Below, one piece after another: positions 54,980-64,000 of a stretch of DNA of 64,000 nt. The stretch is from Longimicrobiales bacterium (GTDB lineage: Bacteria; Gemmatimonadota; Gemmatimonadetes; Longimicrobiales; RSA9). Where the stretch lies: contig DATCLK010000097.1 of NCBI GenBank assembly GCA_036563975.1, positions 1,286 through 65,285 of the forward strand. The letters are read 5' to 3'. The notes below the pieces were generated by a model that saw nothing but the letters and a program-made list of their open reading frames with translations, made no database searches and was not told where the DNA came from. The translations under genes were made by a program, and so were the position numbers. How positions within the stretch are numbered: position 1 is the stretch's first letter; every line of letters starts with the position of its first letter.

Positions 54980-55810
54980 ATGGCCAAGGTGGTGGAGAAG
55001 GACGCGGCGCTCGAAGCCCGCGAGCTCGTGCACTACGAGGAGCGTGACGGCGTGGCGGTGCTCACGCTCGACGATCCGCCCGCCAACACGTACACCTACG
55101 AGATGATGCAGCAGCTCGACGCGGCGATCCTGCGTGCCCGTATGGCGGATCACGTGTCCGTCCTGGTGCTGGTGGGTGCCGGCGAGAAGTTCTTCTGCGC
55201 GGGCGCCAACATCCAGATGCTCGCGGAGGTGTCGCCGCAGTTCAAGTATTACTTCTGCCTGCACGCGAACGAGACGCTCAACCGCCTCGAGCACACGCCC
55301 AAGCTCGTCATCGCGGCGCTCAACGGCCACACGGTCGGCGGCGGCCTGGAGATCGCCATGGCCGCGGACATCCGCATCGCGCGGCGCGGCGGCGGCAAGA
55401 TCGGGCTCCCGGAGGTCAACCTCGGCGTGCTGCCCGGCACGGGCGGGACGCAGCGCCTGGCCCGCCTCGTCGGGAAGGCGCGCGCCATCGAGCTGATGGC
55501 CACGGGCCGGACCTTCGAGTTCGAAGAGGCGAAGGAGCTGGGGATCGTCCACGACATCTACGATGCCGAGTCGCGGGACGCGTTCCTCGACAAGGTGCTG
55601 GCCTACGCTGCGCAGTTCACGCCGCCGAACCGGGCCGCCAAGGCCGTGGGTCACATCAAGCGCGCCGTCCAGACCGGCGCCGAGCTGCCCATCGCGGAAG
55701 GGCTGGCGCTCGAGCGGGAGCTGCAGCAGCTCCTCTTCCAGAGTGAGGACGCGCGCGAGGGGCTGACGGCCTACGTCGCCAAGCGGAAGCCGGAGTTCAA
55801 GGGCAGGTAG
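54980..55810 (+). CDS. Enoyl-CoA hydratase/isomerase (crotonase) family protein 1
   Basis: Lies in ORF 54683..55810. Start set at ATG 54980 (GAGGGAGAG upstream). Contains FCAGANI, ALNGHTVGGGLEIAMAADIRIA and LPEVNLGVLPGTGGTQRL. Confidence 0.88.
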   Translation: MAKVVEKDAALEARELVHYEERDGVAVLTLDDPPANTYTYEMMQQLDAAILRARMADHVSVLVLVGAGEKFFCAGANIQMLAEVSPQFKYYFCLHANETLNRLEHTPKLVIAALNGHTVGGGLEIAMAADIRIARRGGGKIGLPEVNLGVLPGTGGTQRLARLVGKARAIELMATGRTFEFEEAKELGIVHDIYDAESRDAFLDKVLAYAAQFTPPNRAAKAVGHIKRAVQTGAELPIAEGLALERELQQLLFQSEDAREGLTAYVAKRKPEFKGR

Positions 55811-55865
55811 CCGCCCGAGCCGGTCCGTACCGCCGACTCGCGCACAACAGAGCCGCGGAGGGAGC

Positions 55866-57341
55866 ATGTCCACGACGGAGATCCCGGTCGAGCGAAAGGC
55901 GCCGAACCGGCTCCACATCGGGGGAGAGTGGGTGGAAGCGGCGAGCGGCCGCACCTTCATCACGTACAACCCGGCGACCGGCGAGCCGCTCGCGGAGATC
56001 CCGGAGGCGGGGCCGGAGGACGTCGCCGCCGCGGTGGAAGCGGCACGCCGCGCGTTCGAGTCGGACGCGTGGGCCGGGCTGGACGCGGCCGACCGCGGCG
56101 CACTGCTGTGGCGCATCGCGGATGCGCTCGAGGCGAGAGCGGAGGACCTCAAGCGCCTCGAGGTCCTGGACAACGGCAAGCCGCTCCGCGAGGTCGAGTT
56201 CGACCTGCGCGAGGCCGTGGACGCCTTCCGGTACTATGCGGGGCTGGCCACCAAGATCCAGGGCGAGACGATCCCGGTCCGCGGGAAGGTCCTCAACTAC
56301 ACGCTGCGTGAGCCGCTGGGCGTCGTCGGCGCCATCATCCCGTGGAACTTCCCGCTCGAGATGGCGGCGTGGAAAGTCGCGCCCGCGCTCGCCTGCGGGA
56401 ACACGGTGGTCCTCAAGCCGGCGGAGCAGACGCCGCTGACCGCGCTCGAGCTCGCGGCCATCTGCGCGGAGGTCGGCCTGCCGCCGGGCGTGCTGAACGT
56501 GGTGCCCGGCTTCGGCGAAGTGGCGGGCGCGGCGCTCGTGCGGCACCCGGACGTGGACAAGATCGCCTTCACCGGCTCGACGGCCGTGGGGCAGACCATC
56601 ATGCGGGAGTCCGCGGCGACGCTGAAGAAGGTCTCGCTCGAGCTGGGCGGCAAGTCGCCGAACATCATCTTCGAGGACGCGGACCTCGAGGCGGCGATCC
56701 GCGGCGCGCACGCGGGCATCTTCTACAACGCCGGCCAGACGTGCACGGCCGGTTCTCGTCTCCTCGTGCACGAGTCCGTGCACGACCAGGTCGTGGAGCA
56801 GCTCGTGGAGCGCGCCCGCCGGCTGGTCCCGGCCCCGCCATTCGACCCGAAGCGCCGGTTCGGGCCGCTCATCTCCAGCCAGCAGCTCGAGCGGGTCCTG
56901 GGCTACATCGAGCGCGGCCGCGCGGAGGGCGCGCACCTCGCCCTGGGCGGCGGCCGCGCGCTGTACGAGGGCGCCGAGCGGGGCTACTGGGTGGAGCCGA
57001 CGATCTTCGACCGCGTGGACCCCGGGATGACGATCGCGCAGGAGGAGATCTTCGGCCCCGTGCTGGTGACGCTCACCTTCCGCGACGAGGACGAAGCCGT
57101 CGCGCTGGCGAACCAGACGATCTACGGCCTCGCCGCAGGGGTGTGGACGCGCGACGTCAAGCGCGCCCACCGCGTGGCGCGCCGGCTGCAGGCGGGCACC
57201 GTCTGGATCAATACCTACCATCCGCTGGACGCGGCATCGCCCTTCGGCGGCTACAAGCAGTCCGGCCAGGGGCGCGAGCTCGGGCTCCACGCCCTCGAGC
57301 TCTACACGCAGGTCAAGAGCGTATGGGTCGACCTGGGCTGA
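55866..57341 (+). CDS. NAD(P)-dependent aldehyde dehydrogenase
   Basis: 491-aa ORF: [21 protein letters not shown], catalytic GQTCTAGSR and EEIFGPV. Confidence 0.92.
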   Translation: MSTTEIPVERKAPNRLHIGGEWVEAASGRTFITYNPATGEPLAEIPEAGPEDVAAAVEAARRAFESDAWAGLDAADRGALLWRIADALEARAEDLKRLEVLDNGKPLREVEFDLREAVDAFRYYAGLATKIQGETIPVRGKVLNYTLREPLGVVGAIIPWNFPLEMAAWKVAPALACGNTVVLKPAEQTPLTALELAAICAEVGLPPGVLNVVPGFGEVAGAALVRHPDVDKIAFTGSTAVGQTIMRESAATLKKVSLELGGKSPNIIFEDADLEAAIRGAHAGIFYNAGQTCTAGSRLLVHESVHDQVVEQLVERARRLVPAPPFDPKRRFGPLISSQQLERVLGYIERGRAEGAHLALGGGRALYEGAERGYWVEPTIFDRVDPGMTIAQEEIFGPVLVTLTFRDEDEAVALANQTIYGLAAGVWTRDVKRAHRVARRLQAGTVWINTYHPLDAASPFGGYKQSGQGRELGLHALELYTQVKSVWVDLG

Positions 57342-57396
57342 TGCGGCGCCAGGCCGGTCTGCGCGGCGAACGGGAGCGCCGCCGCACGGGGGCGTG

Positions 57397-58599
57397 ATGG
57401 CAGAGGCGTGGGTCGTCGCGGCGGTGCGGACGCCGATCGGCCGCCATGGCGGCGCGCTCGCGAGTGTGCGGCCGGACGACCTCGCCGCCATCGTGGTGCG
57501 CGCCGTCGTGGACCGCGCAGGCATCGTTCCCGCCCTCGTCGATGATGTGATCCTGGGGTGCGCGAACCAGGCGGGCGAGGACAATCGCAATGTCGCTCGC
57601 ATGGCGGCGCTCCTCGCCGGCTTTCCCGTCACTGTTCCCGGTCAGACGGTCAACCGCCTGTGCGGCTCCGGCCTGCAGGCCGTGAACGCGGCGTTCCACG
57701 CGATCCGGGCGGGCGAGGGGGAGATCTTCGTGGCCGGCGGCGTCGAGTCGATGAGCCGGGCGCCGTACGTCATGCTCAAACCGGCGGAGGCGTTCGCCCG
57801 CGGCGCACCGGAGGTGGCGGACACCGTGCTTGGCTGGCGCTTCAGCAACCCTCGCTTCCCTGCCCACTGGATCGTCTCCCTGGGCGAGACGGCCGAGAAC
57901 GTGGCGGAGCGCTACGGCGTGACGCGGGAGGACCAGGACCGCTTCGCCCTGAGGAGCCAGCAGCGTGCGGCCGCGGCGCAGCGCGAGGGGCGCTTCGCCG
58001 ATGAGCTCGTTCCGGTGGAGGTCCCTCAGCGCAGAGGCCCCCCGCTGCGGGTGGAGGTGGACGAGCACCCGCGGCCGGATGTCACCTTCGAGCGCCTCCA
58101 GTCGCTCCCTCCGGCGTTCAGGGCCGGCGGCACGGTCACGGCGGGCAATTCGTCCGGCCTGAACGACGGCGCCGCGGCGTTGCTGATCGTGGAAGCGGAC
58201 CGGGCCCGCGCACTGGGCCTGCGTCCGCTGGCGCGGATCGTGGCGTCGGCGGTAGCCGGCGTCGAGCCGGACCTGATGGGCATGGGGCCCGTGCCTGCGA
58301 CGCGGCTCGCGCTCCAGCGCGCGGGCATCTCGATCCGTGACCTGCGGCTGGTCGAGCTGAACGAGGCGTTCGCCGCCCAGGCCATTGCGTGCATTCGCGA
58401 GCTGGAGCTGGATCCGGAGATCGTGAACGTCAACGGCGGCGCGATCGCGCTGGGGCACCCGCTGGGTTGCTCCGGCGCTCGCATCCTGACCACGCTGGTT
58501 CACGAGCTCCGGAGGCGGGGCGGTGGGTACGGCCTTGCCACAATGTGCATCGGGGTGGGACAGGGGATCACGACCGTGGTGGAAGGAGCCGCCGCATGA
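57397..58599 (+). CDS. Acetyl-CoA C-acetyltransferase (thiolase II)
   Basis: ORF 57394..58599, with ATG 57397 preferred. Contains [33 protein letters not shown] and CIGVGQG. Confidence 0.92.
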   Translation: MAEAWVVAAVRTPIGRHGGALASVRPDDLAAIVVRAVVDRAGIVPALVDDVILGCANQAGEDNRNVARMAALLAGFPVTVPGQTVNRLCGSGLQAVNAAFHAIRAGEGEIFVAGGVESMSRAPYVMLKPAEAFARGAPEVADTVLGWRFSNPRFPAHWIVSLGETAENVAERYGVTREDQDRFALRSQQRAAAAQREGRFADELVPVEVPQRRGPPLRVEVDEHPRPDVTFERLQSLPPAFRAGGTVTAGNSSGLNDGAAALLIVEADRARALGLRPLARIVASAVAGVEPDLMGMGPVPATRLALQRAGISIRDLRLVELNEAFAAQAIACIRELELDPEIVNVNGGAIALGHPLGCSGARILTTLVHELRRRGGGYGLATMCIGVGQGITTVVEGAAA

Positions 58600-59423
58600 G
58601 CGCTACGGGAGAGGTGCTCGTCGAGAAGGACGGCGCGATCGGGTGGATCCGGCTCAACCGGCCGGAGCGTCTCAACGCCTTCGCCGGCACCATGCGCGAG
58701 CAGATCGCGGAAGGTCTGGAGCACCTGGAGGAGTCCCCCGACATCCGCGTCGTGATCATCATCGGCAGCGGCCGTGCCTTCTCGACGGGGGGCGACGTCG
58801 GCGTCATGCGCGAACTGATCGAGGCGGGGGACATCGCGCGCTTCGAGGAGCTCGTGCGCGCGGGCAGCCGGGTCGTCCAGATCATCGACCGGATGAGCAA
58901 GCCGGTGATTGCCGCCGTCAACGGACCCGCCGCGGGTGCCGGCGCCTGTCTCGCGCTGGCGTGCGACCTGCGCATCGCGAGCGAGACGGCATCGATCGGG
59001 TTCACCTTCATGCGCGTGGGGCTGCATCCGGACTGGGGCGGCTCCTACTTCCTGCCGCGGCTCGTCGGTCCGGCGCTGGCGGCGGAGCTGACCTACACCG
59101 GTGGGATGATCGGCGCTGAACGGGCGGAGCGGCTGGGTCTGTTCAATCGCGTCGTCCCGGCCGCCGAGCTCGAGCCAGCGGCGCGCGGACTGGCCGGCCA
59201 GATCGCCTCCGCCCCGGCCGTGCCGGTCGCCCACGCCAAGCGCCTCCTGCGCCGCAGCATGAACATGACGCTCGAAGAGGTCCTGGAGCTCGAGGTGCAG
59301 GCGCAGCTCGCCGCGTTCGCTTCGCCCGACTTCCGCGAGGGGATCACGGCGTTCCTCGAGAAGCGGGCGCCGCGCTTCGGTCGGGCGGCCCGGAACGACA
59401 AGGCGGGGGAGCAGCGGCTGTGA
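58596..59423 (+). CDS. Enoyl-CoA hydratase/isomerase (crotonase) family protein 2
   Basis: Lies in ORF 58389..59423. Start set at ATG 58596 in an ATGA overlap with the thiolase stop. Contains AFSTGGDV and [22 protein letters not shown]. Confidence 0.88.
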   Translation: MSATGEVLVEKDGAIGWIRLNRPERLNAFAGTMREQIAEGLEHLEESPDIRVVIIIGSGRAFSTGGDVGVMRELIEAGDIARFEELVRAGSRVVQIIDRMSKPVIAAVNGPAAGAGACLALACDLRIASETASIGFTFMRVGLHPDWGGSYFLPRLVGPALAAELTYTGGMIGAERAERLGLFNRVVPAAELEPAARGLAGQIASAPAVPVAHAKRLLRRSMNMTLEEVLELEVQAQLAAFASPDFREGITAFLEKRAPRFGRAARNDKAGEQRL

Positions 59424-60280
59424 GCGAGATCCGGCGTGTCGCCGTGATCGGCGCGGGCACCATGGGCCACGGCATCGCGCAGGTCGCCGCGATGGCGGGC
59501 TTCCCCGTGACGCTGGTGGACACGAGCGACGAGATCTTGCGCGGGGCCCTGGACCGTATCCGGCAGAACCTGGACGAGGGCGTGCGGCGCGGGAAGGTCA
59601 CGGAAGCGGTGCGGGAGGCGGCGCTGGCGAGCATCACGACGGAGACGAGCTTGCGCGCCGCCGTGCGCGACGCCGACCTGGTGGTGGAGGCGGTGCCGGA
59701 GCGCCTCGAGCTGAAGCGGCAGGTCTTTCGCGAGCTCGATGCGCACGCACCGGCCAACGCCATCTTCGCCACCAACACATCCGGTCTGAGCATCACGGAG
59801 ATCCAGGACGGCATCGCCGGAGCGAGCCGCGTGCTCGGCCTCCACTTCTTCAACCCCGTGCACATCAACGCCCTGGTCGAGGTGGTCCGCGGCGAGCGCA
59901 CCGACCCGGGAGTCGTGGAAGCCGGCGTCGCGTTCGCGCGCCGGATCGGCAAGGACCCCATCGTCGTCAAGGACTCGCCCGGCTTCGCGTCCAGCCGGCT
60001 CGGCGTCCTGCTCGGGCTGGAGGCCATGCGCATGCTCGAGGAGGGCGTCGCCAGCGCGGAGGACATCGACAAGGCGATGGAAGTGGGTTACCGCCATCCC
60101 ATGGGTCCGCTGCGCCTGACGGACCTCGTCGGGCTCGACGTGCGGCTGGACATCGCGCGCTACCTGCACAGCAAGCTCGGCGGGGAGCGCTTCCGCCCGC
60201 CGGCGATCCTGGAGCGCCTCGTCGCCGAGGGGCACCTCGGGCGGAAGACGGGCCGCGGCTTCTACACGTGGGAGCAATGA
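59420..60280 (+). CDS. 3-hydroxyacyl-CoA (3-hydroxybutyryl-CoA) dehydrogenase
   Basis: 286-aa ORF with a GTG start in a GTGA overlap. Contains VAVIGAGTMGHGIA, HFFNPV and MGPLRLTDLVGLDV. Confidence 0.92.
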   Translation: MSEIRRVAVIGAGTMGHGIAQVAAMAGFPVTLVDTSDEILRGALDRIRQNLDEGVRRGKVTEAVREAALASITTETSLRAAVRDADLVVEAVPERLELKRQVFRELDAHAPANAIFATNTSGLSITEIQDGIAGASRVLGLHFFNPVHINALVEVVRGERTDPGVVEAGVAFARRIGKDPIVVKDSPGFASSRLGVLLGLEAMRMLEEGVASAEDIDKAMEVGYRHPMGPLRLTDLVGLDVRLDIARYLHSKLGGERFRPPAILERLVAEGHLGRKTGRGFYTWEQ

Positions 60281-61068
60281 TGCCAGAGACGGCGTTCGAG
60301 ACGATCCTGCTCGACGTGCAGGACGGCGTCGCCACCATCACGGTCAACCGGCCGGAGAAGCGCAACGCGTTGAACGCCGCGGTGCGGCGCGAGCTGGTCC
60401 AGGCGCTGGACGCGTTGAAGGCGCGTGGCGACGTTCGCGTCCTGATCCTCACGGGTGCCGGCGACAAGGCGTTCGTGGCGGGTGCGGACGTCGCGGAGTT
60501 CGCCCAACGGACGCCGCTCGAGCAGCGGGCGGCGATGGCCGAGCGGTCCGTCTTCGAGGAGGTCGCAGCATTCCCGTGGCCGACGATCGCGATGATCAAC
60601 GGTTACGCGCTGGGCGGCGGGTGCGAGCTCGCGCTGGCGTGCGACCTGCGCATCGCCGCCCGCTCCGCGCGCCTCGGCCAGCCGGAGATCAAGCTGGGCC
60701 TGATCCCTGGCGGCGGCGGCACGCAGCGGCTGCCCCGGCTGGTCGGATTCGGCGCCGCGATGCGCCTGGTCCTGACGGGCGAGCCGGTCGGCGCCGAGGA
60801 AGCGAGCCGGATAGGGCTGGTGGATCTGGTCGTGGAAGATGAAGCGCTCGCGCAGCGCACCCGGGAGCTCGCGCGCCTGATCGCGGGCTACTCGCCCGTC
60901 GCGCTCCGGCTCGCCAAGGAGGCGCTGCGCGCCGCGCTCGAGATGCCGCTCTCCGCCGGCCTGCGGCACGAGCGCGAGTTGTTCATCACCGCTTTCGCAA
61001 GCGACGACGGCCGCGAGGGTGTCCGCGCGTTCCTGGAGAAGCGCAGCGCGGTCTTCCATGGGCGGTGA
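60277..61068 (+). CDS. Enoyl-CoA hydratase (crotonase) family protein 3
   Basis: ORF 60268..61068, with ATG 60277 preferred (ATGA overlap with the preceding stop). Contains AFVAGADV and [22 protein letters not shown]. Confidence 0.9.
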   Translation: MMPETAFETILLDVQDGVATITVNRPEKRNALNAAVRRELVQALDALKARGDVRVLILTGAGDKAFVAGADVAEFAQRTPLEQRAAMAERSVFEEVAAFPWPTIAMINGYALGGGCELALACDLRIAARSARLGQPEIKLGLIPGGGGTQRLPRLVGFGAAMRLVLTGEPVGAEEASRIGLVDLVVEDEALAQRTRELARLIAGYSPVALRLAKEALRAALEMPLSAGLRHERELFITAFASDDGREGVRAFLEKRSAVFHGR

Positions 61069-61122
61069 CGCGGCCCGCCGCGGATCATACCGGGAGAGAC
61101 TCGTTCGGGGTCGAGGAGAGGC

Positions 61123-61371
61123 ATGAGTCGGAACCCGTTCGACGATGCGCCCCTTCCGGGGCGCACCCCGCCCAACCCGTTCGGCGAGCAGCCCGCCACC
61201 GTCACGCCCGCCGAAGCCGCCGACCGCATGGAGCGGGCCGCACGAAAGATCCGGGGTCTGCGCAGCCAGCTCGGATCCGAAGGTCTCACCGTCCACGGGA
61301 TGCGGGAACTGATCGACGAGGTCGCATCCGCTCTCGAGGCCGGAGCCCGCGCGTTGCGCGGGCTGGGATGA
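61123..61371 (+). CDS. Hypothetical small soluble protein (82 aa)
   Basis: ATG preceded by GAGGAGAGG. Pro-rich N-terminus followed by a helical C-terminus (AEAADRMERAARKIRGLRSQL...ELIDEVASALEAGARALRGL). I recognise no family. Confidence 0.5.
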   Translation: MSRNPFDDAPLPGRTPPNPFGEQPATVTPAEAADRMERAARKIRGLRSQLGSEGLTVHGMRELIDEVASALEAGARALRGLG

Positions 61372-61421
61372 ACGCCACCGCGCTTTCGCCGTCCACCGCC
61401 GGCAACCCGAAGGAGGGCGAC

Positions 61422-61637
61422 ATGAGGGCCGCTGTCGCACGTCGTCTCGCCATCGCGTTCTTTAGCGTGCAGACCATCGCCGTCGTCTATCCGGGACTCG
61501 TTCCGTTCAGCCGGATCGAGCCCCGTGTGCTCGGTCTGCCCTTCTCCATGGCGTGGCTGACGTTCTGGATCGTGGCGAGCGCCCTGGTGCTGTGGGGCGT
61601 GAGCGTCGTGGAAGCGCGCAGCCGCCGAGAGGATTGA
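61422..61637 (+). CDS. DUF3311-like small two-TM membrane protein (SSS-transporter companion)
   Basis: ATG 61422 is preceded by GAAGGAGGG with a 4-nt spacer (an in-frame ATG at 61368 is also possible). Has two TM helices (LAIAFFSVQTIAVVYPGL..., MAWLTFWIVASALVLWGV). Ends 3 nt before the symporter gene. Confidence 0.65.
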   Translation: MRAAVARRLAIAFFSVQTIAVVYPGLVPFSRIEPRVLGLPFSMAWLTFWIVASALVLWGVSVVEARSRRED

Positions 61638-61640
61638 TCC

Positions 61641-63140
61641 ATGGAACGCTGGCAGGCCGTCGCCGCCGTCGTCTTCGGCTATCTGCTCGTGACCCTCGCG
61701 GTCGGACTCCTCGCGGGCAGGCGCGTGACGGAGAGCGTGGCCGGGTATGTCGCGGCCGACCGGCAGTTCGGCCTGATCACGATGTACTTCATCACCGGCG
61801 CCACCATCTTCAGTGCGTTCGCGTTCCTGGGCGGCCCCGGCTGGGTGTACTCGCGCGGCGCGGCCGCGTTCTACATCCTGAGCTACGGCGTGCTCGGCAT
61901 GGCGCCGCTCTACTTTTTTGGCCCGAAGGCCGGCCGGCTCGGCCGGCGCTTCGGTTACGTGACCCAGGCGCAGCTCGTGGCCGGCCGCTTCCCGAGCCGC
62001 GCGATCTCGCTCCTCTTCGCGCTCATCTCGGTGGCCGCGTTCGTGCCCTACCTCATGCTCCAGATGAGCGGCGCCGGGATCGTGTTCAGCGCCGTCACGG
62101 ACGGCCACATCTCATTCGAGCTCGGCGCAGCCCTCTCCTACGGCGTCGTCCTCGTCTACGTCCTCGCCGGCGGCGTCGCCGCCGTGGGCTGGACCAACGT
62201 CTTCCAGGGCGTGATCATGATGGCCATCGCCTGGGCGCTCGGAATCTACATCCCCACACAGCTCTATGGCGGCATCGGGCCCATGTTCGACCGCATCGCC
62301 GAGGTCAGACCCGAACTCCTCGTGCCGCCCGGGCTCGACGCCGACGGGTCGCCCTGGAGCTGGGGCGCGTACTCGTCCGCCGTGCTCTCGTCCGTACTGG
62401 GGTTCCTCATGTGGCCGCATCTGTTCATGAAGGTCTTCACGTCGCGGGATGACGACACGCTGCGCAGGACCGTCATCCTGTTTCCCACGTTCCAGTTGTT
62501 CTTGCTCCCGTTGTTCTTCGTGGGCTTTGCAGGCGTGCTGTTCCCCAGCGCACCCGAGCAGCCGGACTGGATCATGCCTCACATGATCCTCAGCAGCGGC
62601 CTCCCTGCCGTGGTGGTCGGCCTGTTCTGCGCCGGCGCGCTGGCCGCGTCGATGTCCACGGGCGACGGGCTGCTCCACGGCGCCGCATCCATCGCCGTCG
62701 AGGACGGATTGGCGCCGTTCGTCACGCTGACGGACCGGCAGCGGCGCATCCTGATGCGCGGGCTCGTGATCGCGCTCGGCACGCTGGCCTACTTCCTGGC
62801 GATCGTGCAGAAGCAGTCGCTGGTGTGGCTCCTCCTCACGGCCTACGGGCTGGTGGATCAATTCGCGCCGCCCGTGTACGCCGCCCTGTTCTGGCGCCGC
62901 GCCACGACGAAGGGCGTGCTCGCCGGGCTCATCGCCGGCATCGTCACCAACATCTTCTTCCTGCTCCGCCCTGAGCTGCGGCCGTTCGAGATCCATGAGG
63001 GGATCCTGGGCGTGATCGTGAACACCGCCGTGCTGCTCGTGGTCAGTCTGGCCACGGCGCCCCAGCCGAAAGAGCACGCGGACGCGTTCGTCTCGGCACC
63101 AGAGGAGCCCCGGGCCGCCTTCGCGGGAGTCGGACGGTGA
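61641..63140 (+). CDS. Sodium:solute symporter (SSS) family transporter
   Basis: 499-aa ORF with about 13 hydrophobic segments and SSS-like motifs (GYVAADRQFGL, GGPGWVYSRG). Confidence 0.85.
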   Translation: MERWQAVAAVVFGYLLVTLAVGLLAGRRVTESVAGYVAADRQFGLITMYFITGATIFSAFAFLGGPGWVYSRGAAAFYILSYGVLGMAPLYFFGPKAGRLGRRFGYVTQAQLVAGRFPSRAISLLFALISVAAFVPYLMLQMSGAGIVFSAVTDGHISFELGAALSYGVVLVYVLAGGVAAVGWTNVFQGVIMMAIAWALGIYIPTQLYGGIGPMFDRIAEVRPELLVPPGLDADGSPWSWGAYSSAVLSSVLGFLMWPHLFMKVFTSRDDDTLRRTVILFPTFQLFLLPLFFVGFAGVLFPSAPEQPDWIMPHMILSSGLPAVVVGLFCAGALAASMSTGDGLLHGAASIAVEDGLAPFVTLTDRQRRILMRGLVIALGTLAYFLAIVQKQSLVWLLLTAYGLVDQFAPPVYAALFWRRATTKGVLAGLIAGIVTNIFFLLRPELRPFEIHEGILGVIVNTAVLLVVSLATAPQPKEHADAFVSAPEEPRAAFAGVGR

Positions 63141-64000
63141 GCTGCGAGGAACGGTCGCCGGGCGCCGTGCGGGTCGCCATCCAGGGCGAGCTCGGTGCGT
63201 ACAGCGAGGAGGCGGCGCGCCGCTTCTTCGCCGATCCGATCGAGCCGGTCCCCTGCCGGGAGTTCCGCGAGGTCGGCACCGTGGTGGCGCGCGGCGCCGT
63301 CCAGTACGGCCTCCTGCCCATCGAGAACACGCTGGCAGGGAGCGTCGTCGCCTCCTATGACGTCCTCGCCAGCGAGACGCTCGAGGTGCTGGGCGAGGTG
63401 ATCGTGCCCATCCACCATTGCTTGCTGGGCGTCCCCGGCACCAGCGTGGACCGGATCGCCCGGGTGCTCTCGCATCCGGTCGCACTCGCGCAGTGCGGCC
63501 GGTTCCTGCTCGAGCACCCGAGCATCGAGGCGGTCGCCGTCTACGATACGGCGGGCGCCGCGCGCGAGGTCGCGAGCAGCGGCGACCCGTGCATCGGCGC
63601 CATCGCCGGCCGCGCGGCCGCCGAGCGCTACGGCCTGGCGGTGCTGGCGGGGAACATCGAGGACCGGCCGGACAACCAGACGCGCTTCCTCGTCGTCGCG
63701 CGGCCAGGCACGGGGCTGCCCGGGCCGCCGCGTGCCGCGAGCAGCGAGCGCAAGACCGCGCTGCTGGTCGAGACGGAGAACCGGCCAGGCGCGCTCGTGC
63801 AGGTGTTGTTGCCGTTTGCCAACCGCGGGATCAACCTGTCCAAGCTGGAATCCAGGCCGGCCGCCGTCCCGTGGACCTACCGGTTCTTCATGGAGCTGGA
63901 GGCGGATGCGGCCAGCGAAGACGCGCGGGAAGCGCTGGCAGAAGTGCGCCGGCGCGCCGCGGCACTCCGTATCCTGGGAAGCTTTCCGCGATGGCCGAGG
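63137..64000 (+). CDS. pheA: Prephenate dehydratase (3' end cut by window edge)
   Basis: My translation from GTG 63137 (GTGA overlap with the symporter stop; GTG 63167 is also possible): VRVAIQGELGAYSEEAA..., IENTLAGSV, NQTRFLVV, with an ACT domain (TENRPGALVQVLLPFANRGINLSKLESRP). The frame stays open to the window end. Confidence 0.88.
   Translation, partial: MSCEERSPGAVRVAIQGELGAYSEEAARRFFADPIEPVPCREFREVGTVVARGAVQYGLLPIENTLAGSVVASYDVLASETLEVLGEVIVPIHHCLLGVPGTSVDRIARVLSHPVALAQCGRFLLEHPSIEAVAVYDTAGAAREVASSGDPCIGAIAGRAAAERYGLAVLAGNIEDRPDNQTRFLVVARPGTGLPGPPRAASSERKTALLVETENRPGALVQVLLPFANRGINLSKLESRPAAVPWTYRFFMELEADAASEDAREALAEVRRRAAALRILGSFPRWPR

Overview
This is a high-GC (about 70%+) bacterial chromosomal segment, and it is dominated by core metabolism and housekeeping genes. 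It appears to come from a diderm organism: it encodes outer-membrane beta-barrels, a TonB-type plug protein and lipoproteins. I cannot assign a taxon from the sequence alone.

Gene content, left to right:
- nuoE-D-C-B-A on the minus strand, then dcd.
- sdhCDAB and mdh.
- moaD-moaE-moaA.
- An ECF sigma / anti-sigma / Spy-like triad.
- HU, sppA, carA and rnhA.
- lipB with a 2-oxoacid dehydrogenase E2 and E1beta.
- A 650-bp unexplained gap.
- secG-tpiA-pgk, a hydrolase plus Zn-ribbon insert, then gap.
- comF, aroE, an LMW phosphatase, tsaC, ispD and radA.
- dnaB, udg, coaBC, rpoZ, gmk and yicC.
- A TonB-plug outer-membrane protein, pepA, icd and citrate synthase.
- A second ECF sigma cluster with two CBM48-type modules.
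- A FeoA-like gene and a small outer-membrane protein.
- A DUF77 / redoxin-like / rocD / COG2403 P-loop operon.
- tRNA-Leu(CAA).
- nfeD-floA plus an acidic membrane protein.
- A TetR-headed acyl-CoA catabolic cluster, a small protein-DUF3311-SSS transporter trio, and the start of pheA.

I saw no rRNA, CRISPR array, transposase, integrase or recognisable defence system.

The items most worth a second look:
- The 19.1-19.7 kb gap, which holds a candidate small ORF preceded by a Shine-Dalgarno (SD) sequence.
- A duplicated hairpin-plus-palindrome module in the moa leader.
- The ECF sigma system with CBM48 on both the anti-sigma factor and its neighbour.
- A CT-rich repeated leader that ends in a terminator just before the feoA-like gene.
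- The DUF77-redoxin-rocD-COG2403 operon.

All calls come from reading translations, motifs and local sequence only. No database search was run.
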